The notes beneath the pieces are model-generated. The model had not been told where the DNA came from. It was given only the letters and a program-made list of their open reading frames with translations, and searched no databases. Below are positions 38,822 through 50,248 of a stretch of 64,000 nucleotides of DNA, piece after piece (the first letter of the stretch is position 1; each line of letters starts with the position of its first letter). The stretch is from positions 558,001-622,000 of the forward strand of contig NC_086108.1 of assembly GCF_963921235.1 (NCBI RefSeq), read 5' to 3'. The position numbers and the translations under genes were made by a program. This DNA comes from Mobula hypostoma. Lineage: Eukaryota.

Positions 38822-39210
38822 GCATGCAAACCGGAGGATTCCCCAGGCGACCACAACCATCATTCCACACCTCAAGAAATTGAGGCCTGATCCTGGCACC
38901 CTTGCTGCCCCCCTGGGCAATGAGGTCCCCTGGTTACACTGCGAGAGAGGGGCCAGGAGAATCCCGAAGGTATTACCTGGGAACTGGAAGTGGATGGGGT
39001 TCAAGGGTGTGCCAGGATACCAAATGTTAGGAGCCCTCTCTGTCTACAAGCCTACCAATGAGCTGACCACCAGCTTATCAATGGATTGTCCAAAATGGTA
39101 CAACAGGAAATCGGGAACTCATCCTATGAATTGCTCCAATCAGAAACTAGAGCTACACCATATTGACAGACTGGACCGGGATAAAAAGTATGGTTTATAT
39201 ACCACACAAG
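38822..39210 (+). CDS. Candidate internal coding exon (389 bp): (R)HANRRIPQATTTIIPHLKKLRPDPG...DKKYGLYTTQ(G)
   Basis: Acceptor TTTCTTGACCCACTTAG|, 129 uninterrupted codons and consensus donor AAG|GTGAGT. Unique sequence between repeats; phase 2 in, phase 1 out. Confidence 0.55.
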
Positions 39211-39462
39211 GTGAGTGTCAACATGGTTGTGAATAAGGACTGAAACAAATAAGCTCAATTCAATTCAATTCATTCAGCCATACCTGAATCCAGCCAAACA
39301 AGACATCATTACTCCAGGGCCAAGGTGCGAAACACAGTACCAACGGTCACACACAGCACATACAAGACAGCAACCACATAAAGGTAAGATTCAGCCATGT
39401 AATAAAGAAGTCCAGACTCGAGCCATCAATCCCGCAGAAATCTACGGTTGATCATAATATAG

Positions 39463-40244
39463 CAGGGGTCCCCAACCTTTTTTGCACTGTGGACTGGTTT
39501 AACATTGACAATATTCTTGCGGACCGGCCGACAGCCCCCCGCCCCCAGTGTTCAAGTGGGATAAAACTCACCTCAACATGTCTTTTACAGTTAGGGTTGC
39601 CAACTTTCTCACTCCTAAATAAGGGACAAAAGTAGCAGTCAAATCCTGGGATACTTTACCCCAGGAAAGACTACCATGACCATGAAGCCTTGCGCGGGCG
39701 CCTGTGTGCGCATGCGTGACGTGCGCATATGTGATGTGCGCATGTGCGTACGTGCCGATTTTTTTTCCCACAAATCGCTTTTGCCTTAATCTTCCCGACT
39801 ACACTGTACATACATTATTTCTACTTTATATAGGCTGTGTATTTATCATATCATTCCTGCTTTTACTATATGTTAGTGTTATTTTAGGTTTTATGTGTTA
39901 TTTGGTATGATTTGGTAGGTTATTTTTTGGGTCTGGAAACGCTCAAAAATTTTTCCCATATAAATTAATGGTAATTGCTTCTTCGCTTTACGCCATTTTG
40001 GCACGAATGGTTTCATAGGAACGCTCTACCCTAGTGGGGGAAATACAGGACAATGGCGGTCCTGTATTGGATAAACCAATTTAGCCCAACATACGGGATG
40101 ACCCAGCAAGTACAGGACACTTGGCAACCTTATGTTCAAATTCAACAGTGTGTGCCAGGGAATGAGGAAAGGTGCAGCTGACTCGTACCGTTTCCTCGCG
40201 GCCCAGTAGCACATGCTTTGCGGCCCGGTGATTGGGGACCGCTG
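39463..40244. mobile_element. Non-autonomous hAT composite MITE, copy 2
   Basis: Termini CAGGGGTCCCCAACC ... ATTGGGGACCGCTG. Highly similar to 21824-22582, but with no matching TSD. Confidence 0.92.
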
Positions 40245-41310
40245 CATTACATAACACCCAATCCAGTATAACTGATCCCCTCACAGGCTCAACAATAAAC
40301 TGCTCTAAAAAGCTATCTCATAGGCATTTAACAAATTCACTCTCTTGAGATCTATTACCAACCTGATTTTCTCAATTGACCTACATATTAAAATTTCCTG
40401 TGATTCCCTTTTGACACGCTTTTTCTATTTACCGCTGTAATCTATGGTTGCATCCCAGCTACTTTTGGGAGGCCTGTATATAACTGTCTTTTACCCTTGC
40501 AGCTCCTTAACTCAATCCACAAGGATTCAACATCTTCTGATCCTACGTCACATCTTTCTACTGATTTGCTGCCTTTCTTTACCAGCAGAGCCATGTCACC
40601 CCCTCTGCCTACCTTCCTATCCCTCTGATACAACGTGTAACCTTGGACATTCAGCTCCCAACTACAACCATCCTTCAGCCACGATTCAGTGATGGTCACA
40701 ACATCATACCTGACAATCTGTGATATTGCAACAAGATCATCCACCTTATTTCTTATACTACGTGCATTGAGATACAACACCTTGAGTACTGCATTTGCTT
40801 CCCTTTTTGATTCTGCATCCCTAATGCAAAATGATCCTCACCCTGCTGGCTGCAATTATGTCCTTTCATCTGCCTGCCCCTCTGAGCAGTCTGACTGCAC
40901 CCTATTTTCGCTTTTTTACGAAATGTCCCATCCTGAGTCCTTTCATTCTGGTTCCTACCACCTCTGAAAATTAGGTTAAAACATTCCCCACCAGCTCTAA
41001 CAAACCTCTCGAGAGAATATTGATCCCCTTCAGGTTCAGGTGCAAACCATCCCTCTTGTACGGGTCAAACTTCCCCCTGAAGAGATCCCAATGATCCAAG
41101 AACCTGAAGCCCTGCCTCATGCACCAGCTTCTCAGCCACATATTTATCTGCAAAATCATCCTGTTTCTACCCTTGCTAGCATGTGGCATGTGCAGCAAAC
41201 CAGAAATTACTATCCTGGAGGTGCTGCTTCTCAGCTTTCTGCCCAACTCTCTAAATTCTCAATTCAGAACCCCATTGCTTTTCCTTCCTATATCATTGGT
41301 ACCAATATCT
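40245..41310 (-). mobile_element. CR1 fragment: ORF1 esterase C-terminus and ORF2 endonuclease
   Basis: FRFLDHWDLF...DGLHLN, LYLNARSIRNK, TITESWL and RGSVILDWVLCN. Confidence 0.9.
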
Positions 41311-41559
41311 GGCTCTCTCCCTCCCTCTCTGAAACCATGCAGACAGTGCGGGGATGGTCAGGATTGAATCTGGAGTCTCTGGACCTGTGAGCCATATGGA
41401 TACTGTAGGGATGATCAGGTTTGAATCTGGAGAGTCTGAACCAGCAAAGCAGCAATTCTACCTCCGAAGTAGGAAATTTCCTGGACCATGGATGAGAGCA
41501 GTTCATTAACCAAAGTGGAACTTATTGAAGAGTGTCAAAGGAGAAAGCCTGTTTTCCAT

Positions 41560-42639
41560 TGGCCAAACAGTGATTTTTATGAATGACTTGGATAAAGAAG
41601 TGGAAGGGTGGGCTAGTAAGTTTGTAGATGACATGAAGCTTGGTGGAGTTTTGGATAGTGTAGAAGGTTGCCTTAGGTTACAACGGGACATTGATGGGCT
41701 GAGAAGTATCAGATGGAATTCAACCCAGAAAAGTGTAAAGTGATTTACTTTGGAAGGTCAAATTTGAATTTGGAATGTAGGGTTAATGGCAGGATTCTTT
41801 GCAATGTGGAGGAACCGAGGGATCTTTGGGCTCACGCCCATAGATCTCTCAAAGTTGCAGCACATGTGGATAGGGTGATTATGAAGGCATATGTTGGGTG
41901 GCAGGTTGTGACGCTACCTCCGCTAGCCTGCAGGTCACTCTTGGGCAAGGTGTAGCACCGGCTTTACAACACCGCCCGCCCCGCACCCCCCCCCAACACC
42001 GAGGGTCACGTGAAGCCATGGGAGCAGGTGGTGGATGGCCATATGAGCAGCTGGTGCATCTCACAAGTCTGGTTATGTGACCACTGACACCAGGCAGACA
42101 GTCTCTGAAGAGTATTGATAATGGCTGGGATCACCAGTCTTGCAAAGTCTCTGCCCAGAAGAAGGCAATGGAAAACCACTTCTAGAGAAGTTTGCCAAGA
42201 ACAATCATGGTCATGGAAAGACTATGATTTCCCACATCATAGACACAGCAGATAACAAATAAGCGAATGATGGTGTGTTGGCCTTCATTAGACAGGAGAT
42301 TGAGTTCAAGAACCATCATCTGTAAAGCCCTGGTTAGACAAATATTTTGTTCCGTTCCAGTTGCCTCATTATAGGAAGCATGTGAAAGCTCTGGGGGTGG
42401 GGAGGGGGGAGGCAGAAGACATTCACCAGGATGCTGCCTGAACTGGAGAACATGTCTTGTGAGGAGAGGTTGAGCGAGCGAGGGCTCTTCTCTTTTGAAG
42501 TGAAGGAGGACGAGAGATGACTTGATAGAGGTGTACAAGATGATAAAAGGCAGAGATCGAGTGGACATCCACAGACTTTTTCCTAAGGTGAAAATGGCTG
42601 ATATAAGGAGTTGTAACTTTAAGGTGTTGGAAGAAAGGT
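41560..42639 (+). mobile_element. Old CR1 RT fragment; host to two insertions, resumes at about 44867-44915
   Basis: IFMNDLD...SKFVDDMKL, MEFNPEKC and [10 protein letters not shown]. Confidence 0.85.
41895..42269 (+). mobile_element. RTE-derived bipartite non-autonomous element (5'UTR piece plus 3' tail)
   Basis: Contains GAAGAAGGCAATGGAAAACCACTT, resembling the Bov-A/RTE motif. It interrupts CR1 AAGGCATATG|GTGTGTTGGCC. Confidence 0.7.
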
Positions 42640-44866
42640 TCTGAACTTAAAGAAGGGTAACTTTGAAGGTATGAGACGTGAATTAGCTAAGATAGACTGG
42701 CAAATGACACTTAAAGGGTTGACGGTGGATATGCAATGGCAAGCATTTAAAGATCGCATGGATGAGCTACAACAATTGTTCATCCCAGTTTGGCAAAAGA
42801 ATAAATCAAGGAAGGTAGTGCACCCGTGGCTGACAAGAGAAATTAGGGATAGTATCAATTCCAAAGAAGAAGCATACAAATTAGCCAGAAAAAGTGGCTC
42901 ACCTGAGGACTGGGAGAAATCCAGAGTTCAGCAGAGGAGGGCAAAGGGCTTAATTAGGAAGGGGAAAAAAGATTATGAGAGAAAACTGGCAGGGAACATA
43001 AAAACTGACTGTAAAAGCTTTTATAGATATGTGAAAAGAAAAAGATTGGTTAAGACAAATGTAGGTCCCCTACAGACAGAAACAGGTGAATTGATTATGG
43101 GGAGCAAGGACATGGCAGACCAATTGAATAATTACTTTGGTTCTGTCTTCACTAAGGAGGACATAAATAATCTTCCGGAAATAGTAGGGGACAGAGGGTC
43201 CAGTGAGATGGAGGAACTGAGGGAAATACATGTTAGTAGGGAAGTGGTGTTAGGTAAATTGAAGGGATTAAAGGCAGATAAATCCCCAAGGCCAGATGGT
43301 CTGCATCCCAGAGTGCTTAAGGAATTAGCCCAAGAATAGCGGATGCATTAGTGATAATTTTTCAAAACTCTTTAGATTCTGGACTAGTTCCTGAGGATTG
43401 GAGGGTGGCTAATGTAACCCCACTTTGTAAAAAAGGAGGGAGAGAGAAACCGGGGAATTATAGACCGGTTAGCCTAACGTCGGTGGTGGGGAAACTGCTG
43501 GAGTCAGTTATCAAAGATGTGATAACAGCACATTTGGAAAGCGGTGAAATGATCGGACAAAGTCAGCATGGATTTGTGAAAGGAAAATCATGTCTGACGA
43601 ATCTCATAGAATTTTTTGAGGATGTAACTAGTAGAGTGGATAGGGGAGAACCAGTGGATGTGGTATATTTGGATTTTCAAAAGGCTTTTGACAAGGTCTC
43701 ACACAGGAGATTAGTGTGCAAATTTAAAGCACATGGTATTGGGGGTAAGGTATTGATGTGGATAGAGAATTGGTTGGCAGACAGGAAGCAAAGTGTGGGA
43801 ATAAACGGGACCTTTTTAGAATGGCAGGCAGTGACTAGTGGGGTACCGCAAGGCTCAGTGCTGGGACCCCAGTTGTTTACAATATATATTAATGACTTGG
43901 ATGAGGGAATTAAATGCAGCATCTCCAAGTTTGCGGATGACACGAAGCTGGGCGGCAGTGTTAGCTGTGAGGAGGATGCTAAGAGGATGCAGGGTGACTT
44001 GGATAGGTTAGGTGAGTGGGCAAATTCATGGCAGATACAATTTAATGTGGATAAATGTGAAGTTATCCACTTTGGTGGCAAAAACAGGAAAACAGATTAT
44101 TATCTGAATGGTGACCGATTAGGAAAAGGGGAGGTGCAACGAGACCTGGGTGTCATTATACACCAGTCATTGAAAGTGGGCATGCAGGTACAGCAGGCGG
44201 TGAAAAAGGGGAATGGTATGCTGGCATTTATAGCGAGAGGATTCGAGTACAGGAGCAGGGAGGTACTACTGCAGTTGTACAAGGCCTTGGTGAGACCACA
44301 CCTGGAGTATTGTGTGCAGTTTTGGTCCCCTAATCTGAGGAAAGACATCTTTGCCATAGAGGGAGTACAAAGAAGGTTCACCAGATTGATTCCTGGGATG
44401 GCAGGACTTTCATATGAAGAAAGACTGGATGAACTGGGCTTGTACTCGTTGGAATTTAGAAGATTGAGGGGGGATCTGATTGAAACGTATAAGATCCTAA
44501 AGAGATTGGACAGGGTAGATGCAGGAAGATTGTTCCCGATGTTGGGGAAGTCCAGAACGAGGGGTCACAGTTTGAGGATAAAGGGGAAGCCTTTTAGGGC
44601 CGAGATTAGGAAAAACTTCTTCACACAGAGAGTGGTGAATCCGTGGAATTCTCTGCCACAGGAAACAGTTGAGGCCAGTTCATTGGCTATATTTAAGAGG
44701 GAGTTAGATATGGCCCTTGTGGCTACGGGGGTCAGGGGGTATGGAGGGAAGGCTGGTGCAGGGTTCTGAGTTGGATGATCAGCCATGATCATACTGAATG
44801 GCGGTGCAGGCTTGAAGGGCCGAATTGCCTACTCCTGCACCTATTTTCTATGTTTCTATGTTTCTA
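42640..44866 (+). mobile_element. Young 5'-truncated CR1 LINE; ORF2 intact apart from one stop near 43337
   Basis: The 222-aa and 472-aa ORFs are in the same frame and carry all RT motifs (DFQKAFD, PQGSVLGP, FADD). Tail (TTTCTATG)n. Confidence 0.96.
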
Positions 44867-45305
44867 TAAAGGCAATGTCAGAGGCAATTTATTTTACACA
44901 GAGAGTGGCAGATGTGTGGATTTGCAATGAGATCTCCTCCACAGTCTCCATCAGCTCAGGTGTGCTTAGCCCCTTGCTCTACTCACTCATGACGATAATG
45001 CTAAGTACAATTTCAACACAATATTTAAGTTTGCTAAGAAAGCCACAGGTTTTGGGTGAATCAAAGGTGGTGATGAATTGGCATATCGGAGAGAGCCTGA
45101 AAATCAGGCTGAATGCTGACTCAACAACCTTTCACTCAGCATCAACAAAACTAAAGAGCTGATTATTGACTACAGGAGGAAGAAATTGGGGGTTCAGGAG
45201 CTAGTCCACATTGGGGGGATCAGAGGCGGAGAGGGTCCGTACCTTTAAAATTCCTTGATGTTATCACATCAGAAGATCTACTCTGGGACCATCACATACA
45301 GTAAG

Positions 45306-45519
45306 TAACACACATAAAAGTTGCTGGTGAACGCAGCAGGCCAGGCAGCATCTTTTGGAAGAGGTACAGTCGACGTTTCAGGCTGAGACCCTTCGTCAGG
45401 ACTCAGCCCGAAACGTCGACTGTACCTCTTCCAAAAGATGCTGCCTGGCCTGCTGCATTCACCAGCATTTTTTGTGTGTGTTGCTTGAATTTCCAGCATA
45501 TGCAGATTTCCTCATGTTG
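45306..45519. mobile_element. Palindromic Penelope-like mini-insertion (about 80-bp inverted arms, 14-nt spacer)
   Basis: 45306-45387 is the reverse complement of 45402-45483 with few mismatches. The sequence matches the PLE 3' ends elsewhere in the window. Confidence 0.88.
45367..45403 (-). ncRNA. Minimal type I hammerhead ribozyme motif (PLE-type)
   Basis: Minus strand AGUC-CUGACGA-AGG(GUCUCAG)CCU-GAA-ACGU-C^GACU: intact core boxes, helix I AGUC/GACU, helix II, palindromic ACGU in place of helix III, and a GUC cleavage triplet. Confidence 0.75.
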
Positions 45520-46388
45520 GCCTAATTATATTCCTATTTCTTATGGTCTTATGGAAACCTCCATAAGACTTTGACAAACCTAGAGAGAGTATCCTGACTG
45601 GTTGCATCATGGTCTTGTATAGGAACACCAGTGCACAGAACAGAAAAGCTGACAACAAATGGAAGATACATTCAATGCAGTCCAGCACAGGAGAAGCTGA
45701 TCTACAAGGAACACTGCCTCAAGAAAGCATCTTCAAGGACCCACACCATCCAGGCCATGCTATCTTCTCACTACTATCACCAGGCCAGAGGTACAGGAGC
45801 CTCAGTTCTGACACCAGCAGGTTCAGAAACAGTTATTCTTCCAGTAAGATGATGACACACTGAGACGCAGTGGCCTCTCTCGATCCAGACATCCTTCACA
45901 TGTTTTTATGATCTCAAGACTGCTGACTATGAAGAATATCAAGTTCTGCACGTCTATCCCACTGGCGAATTACTCGATAGCGGTGGATCTAGACTTGTTG
46001 AGCATCGTGTTGCAGCCTGCATCAGCCAATCATGGAAAAGGGGCCGTATGTGAGGGTGGTGTATGGTCCAACAAACAGTGTAAGTGTTTTTTTTTTGGAC
46101 ATTTTTCTTGTGATCACAAGACCCCTTTGGAAATTGGTAAAGTGGAATACAACAACTTTGGTTCGCTTGGTTCATTGGTGAGACCAATGGCAGGGGTGCT
46201 GCATAGCCTCAGTTGTAGCACAGACCAGGGCCTCATGAGATGGGCTCACCTGTTGCTGTTGGCTGGTGAAGAAGATGCTGGAGGCTGTGTGGCACCGCAT
46301 CTATTCCGGCTGCGTCTTGGGGGCTTTCTGTTGGGGTTCACTCACTGGATTGTGTTCTTCTGTGGCTGCACTAACACGTGATGATCAG

Positions 46389-46421
46389 ACTGCGTTCACC
46401 AGCAACTTTGATGTGTGTTGC
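46389..46421 (+). mobile_element. 33-bp Penelope-like micro-insertion with 8-bp TSD
   Basis: ATGATCAG (46381-46388 and 46422-46429) flanks ACTGCGTTCACCAGCAACTTTGATGTGTGTTGC, which matches the arms at 45306-45483. Confidence 0.75.
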
Positions 46422-46965
46422 ATGATCAGCCTGATGTGGATTTGCTCTTGCCAAGATCACCCTGATGTACCAAAAATCTACAGGTCATAACACTCAGGGA
46501 TTTGGGCTAGATCAGAATCAGCTTTATTATCACCGGCATGTGACATGAAATTTGTTAACTTAGCAGCAGCAGTTCAATGCAATACATAATCTAGCAGAGA
46601 GAGGGAGAAAAAATAAAATAAAACACAATAATAAATAAACAAGTAAATCAATTACATATATTGAATAGATTATTTAAAAATATGCAAAACCAGAAATACT
46701 GTATATTTTGTATGGTTGAATGGCAATTAAACTTCAGCTATTACTCTACAACCATCAAGCTCCTGAACCAGCGTGGATAACTTCACCCACTTCAACACTG
46801 AACTGATCAGCAAAGCACAAACTCTGGACTCACCTTCAAGGACTCTACATCTCATGTTCTTAGTGATTATATATTTACAGATATATTTATTATTGTTTGT
46901 TTGTTTGTTGTTGTTCCTCTTTGTGCCTCATTGCATTTTTGCTGTTTCCATCGCATTTGACTGTT

Positions 46966-47100
46966 ATTTTTTTATGAGCCTGAGCTGATAGCTCAACGCA
47001 CAAACCAACATGGATGGAAAGTGTGCAAGGAGCTGGCCAGATTCAAACCCGGGACTATTCACCTTGAACTATGGTACCTGTTGCCACTGCACCACTGGCC
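46966..47100 (-). mobile_element. Short tRNA-derived SINE inside a Rex1-like 3'UTR (46735-47295)
   Basis: A-box TGGTGCAGTGG, B-box-like GGTTTGAATC and an A-rich end. Confidence 0.6.
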
Positions 47101-47424
47101 AACTAATTATTGTTATTTCTGCTTTTTGCAGTTGCAGTACACATTGGCTGTTTGTCAGACTTCAACTCGATGTAATTTTTCATCAAATCTATTGTATTTC
47201 TTTGCTCCACTGTGGATGCCTGCAAAAAAATTAATCTCAGGGTTGAATAGGGTGACATATGCACACTTTGGTAACAATTAACTTCAGACTTTAAACACAC
47301 TACCAGGGTGGAGGTAGAAGGATGCTGAGAGAGATGGATGAAAGAAAAATGGAGAGCTATGTGTTAGGCTGATCGTGGTTAGAAGGTTGGAAGAATGTAG
47401 GCTGAAGAGCCTATACTGTGTTGT

Positions 47425-47865
47425 AGATAGTGATTGACCTTAGGAAGACTAAACTCGCACTGTTCCCTGTTACTATTGACAGTGAGGACGTGCATGTGGT
47501 GAGGACCTACAAGCACCTGGGCACACCTGGATGGAAAATTTGAGTGGAGCACCGACACAGAGGCTGTGTACAAGAAAGCCAGAGTCGCCCTGACTTCCTG
47601 AGGAGACTGAGGTCCTTTGGAGTATGCAGGCCTCTTCTTTGCATATTCTACCAGTACAATCTTCTATGCGGTGGTATGCTGGCACAATGGCATCAACAGG
47701 CTCAATAAGCTGATTAGGAAGGTTGGCTCTGTTATAGGAGTCAAACTGGACACACTGGAGGTTGTGGTAGGACAAAGGACACTATGGAAAATTCTGGCAA
47801 GTCTGGCACCCTTGTCAGAGAAGCACTTTTAGTAATAGACTAAGACAACTGTGCTGCTCCAAATA
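47425..47865 (+). mobile_element. Rex1/Babar-like LINE fragment
   Basis: VRTYKHLG, TEAVYKK, FLRRLRSFGVC and IFYAVVCW...RLNKLIRKVGSVIG. Confidence 0.75.
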
Positions 47866-48470
47866 ACCTCCTCTGTGCTGTACTGTTCCACATTCTGAAG
47901 ATGGGCCGAAAAGCCTATAAAGTGTTGTGCTGTTCTCTGTTCTGAAGAAGACCCAGAGAGCCTTTCCTGTGTTGTCCTATTCTATATTCTGAAGAGGGGC
48001 CGAGGAGGCCTTACTATGTAGTATCCTGTTCTATCTTCTGAAGATGGGCTGGAGAGTCTGGACTGCATTGTACTGTTCTATCTTCCGAAGATGGGCTAAA
48101 GATCCTATGCTACATTGCACTCTTCTGTGTTCAGAAGATAAGCCAAAGAACCACTTCTGTGCCGAACTTTTCTATGTTCTGAAAAAGGGCCAAAGTGCTT
48201 GAACTGTGTTGTGCTGTTCTTTATTCTGAAGATGGACCAAGGAGCCTATACAGTACTGTGTTCTACTGTTGGATTTTCTGAAGATGGACCGAGGAGCCTG
48301 TACTGTGTTGCACAGTTGGATTTTCTGAAGATGGGCTGAGGAGCCTGTACTGTGTTGTACTGTTTTATGTTGTGAAGATGAACTGAACAGCCCATACTGT
48401 GTTGCACTGTTGCATCTTCTGAAGATGGGCCGAGGAGCCTATACTGAGTTGTACTGTTGGATGTTGTGAA

Positions 48471-49338
48471 CATAGAACGTAGAATAGTACAGCACAGTAC
48501 AGGCCCTTCGGCCCACATTGTTGCGCCGACCCTCAAACCCTGCCTCCCATATAACCCCCCACCTTAAATTCCTCCATATACCTGTCTAGTAGTCTCTTCT
48601 GGGCACACGGCCAAGTGGTTAAGGCATTGGACTAGCGACCTGAAGGTCGTGAGTTCGAGCCCCAGCCAAGGCAGCTTGTTGTGTCCTTGAGCAAGGCACT
48701 TAATCACACAGCGCTCTGCGATGACACTGGTGCCAAGCTGTATGGGCAACTGCCAGTCTTCCATACAACCTTGCCCAGGCCTGCGCCCTGGAGAGTGAAG
48801 ACTTTCCAGGCGCAGATCCATGGTCTCAAAAGACTGATGGATGCCTTTATAGTCTCTTAAATTTCACTAGTGTATCTGCCTCCACCACTCAGTCAGGCAG
48901 TGCATTCCACGCACCAACCACTCTCTGAGTAAAAAACCTTCCTCTAATATCCCCCTTGAACTTCCCACCCCTTACCTTAAAGCCATGTCCTCTTGTACTG
49001 AGCAGTGGTGCCCTGGGAAAGAGACACTGGCTATCCACTCTATCTATTCCTCTAATTACCTTGTACACCTCTATCACGTTTCTTCTCATCCTCCTTCTCT
49101 GCAAAGAGTAAAGCCCTAGTTCCCTTAATCTCTATTCATAATGCATACTCTCTAAACCAGGCAGCATCCTGGTAAATCTCCTTGTACCCTTTCAATGCTT
49201 CCACATCTTTCCTAGTGAGGCGACCAGAGCTGGACACAATACTCCAAGTGTGGCCTAACCAGAGTTTTATAGAGCTGCATCATTACCTCGCGACTCTTAA
49301 ACTCTGTCCCTCGACTTATGAAAGCTAACACCCCATAA
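48471..49338 (-). mobile_element. 5'-truncated CR1 inserted in the 47-bp array
   Basis: YGVLAFISRG...LVRPHLEYCVQLWSPH and RVVGAWNALP. GTGAA is duplicated at 48466-48470 and 49339-49343. Confidence 0.93.
48599..48849 (+). mobile_element. Young tRNA-derived SINE with CORE-like segment
   Basis: A-box CGGCCAAGTGG, B-box GAGTTCGAGCC and CORE-like GTGTCCTTGAGCAAGGCACTTAATC. Perfect 9-bp TSD TAGTCTCTT (48590-48598 and 48850-48858). Confidence 0.9.
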
Positions 49339-49380
49339 GTGAAGGTGAACTGAACTGCCCATACAGTGTTGTACTGTTCG

Positions 49381-50000
49381 AGTAAATGAGTTACAGAGGC
49401 ATGAGAGAGGGCCTTGCCCAGGTTGATTGAAGAGGATAGTGGTGGGGATGACAGCAGAGCAGAGGTGGCTGAGGTTTCTGAGAATAGTTCACAATGCGCA
49501 GGATAGATATGTGCAACAGAAGAAGAAATTCTCAACTGGCAGGGATAGACAACTGTGGCTGACAAAGGAAGTTAAGCACTGCATAAAAGCCAACTCAAGG
49601 GTATATAAAGTTAGCAAAAGTGAGTGGGAAGTTGAATGATTGGGAAGCTTTTAAAATCCAACAAAAGGCAACTAAAAAAGTTATAAGAAGGGAAAAGATG
49701 AATCACGAGGGCAAACTAGCCAATAATATAAAGCAGGAAACTCAAAGTTATTTCAGTTATATAAAGAGTAAAAAGGAGGTGAGAGTTGATATTGGACCAC
49801 TAGTAGACCAGTAGTGAATCTGTAGAATACTCTGCCACAGACTGCTGTGGAAACCAGGTCTGTGGGTATATCTAAGGTGGAAGTTGCTAGCTTCCTGATG
49901 AGTCAGGGCATCAAAGGATATGAGGAGAGGCAGGTGTATGAGGATCAGCCGTGATGGAATGGTGGAATGCCTAATTCTGCTCCTATGTCTTATGATCTTA
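49381..50000 (+). mobile_element. CR1 fragment with large internal deletion
   Basis: WLTKEVKHCIKA and KLANNIK...YIKSK are joined at about 49805 directly to the 3' end (GTGAATCTGTAGAATACTCTGCCACAG) and tail. Confidence 0.8.
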
Positions 50001-50248
50001 TGTTCTTAAGATGGGCCGAAGAGCCTGTACCGAGTCATACTGTTCCACATTCTGAAGATGGGCCGAAGAGCCTGTACTGTGAGGTACTGGCCTAGGTTCT
50101 TAAGATGGGCCGAAGAGCCTGTACCGAGTCGTACTGTTCCACGTTCTGAAGATGGGCCGAAGAGCCTGTACTGTGAGGTACTGGCCTAGGTTCTTAAGAC
50201 GGACTGAAAAGCCAAAACTGTGTCATACTGTTTATGTTCTTAAGATGG

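Larger units (their letters stand above)
44916..45845 (+). mobile_element. Degenerate Rex1/Babar-like LINE fragments, interrupted by the PLE palindrome
   Basis: VLSPLLYSLMT, INKTKELIIDYRR, ESILTGCIMVLY and KDPHHPGHAIFSLLSPGQRYRSL...RFRNSY. Confidence 0.75.

Noticed and set aside
48601..48668. Functional tRNA gene
   Set aside because: Acceptor and anticodon stems pair poorly. The sequence continues into a SINE body and is flanked by a 9-bp TSD.
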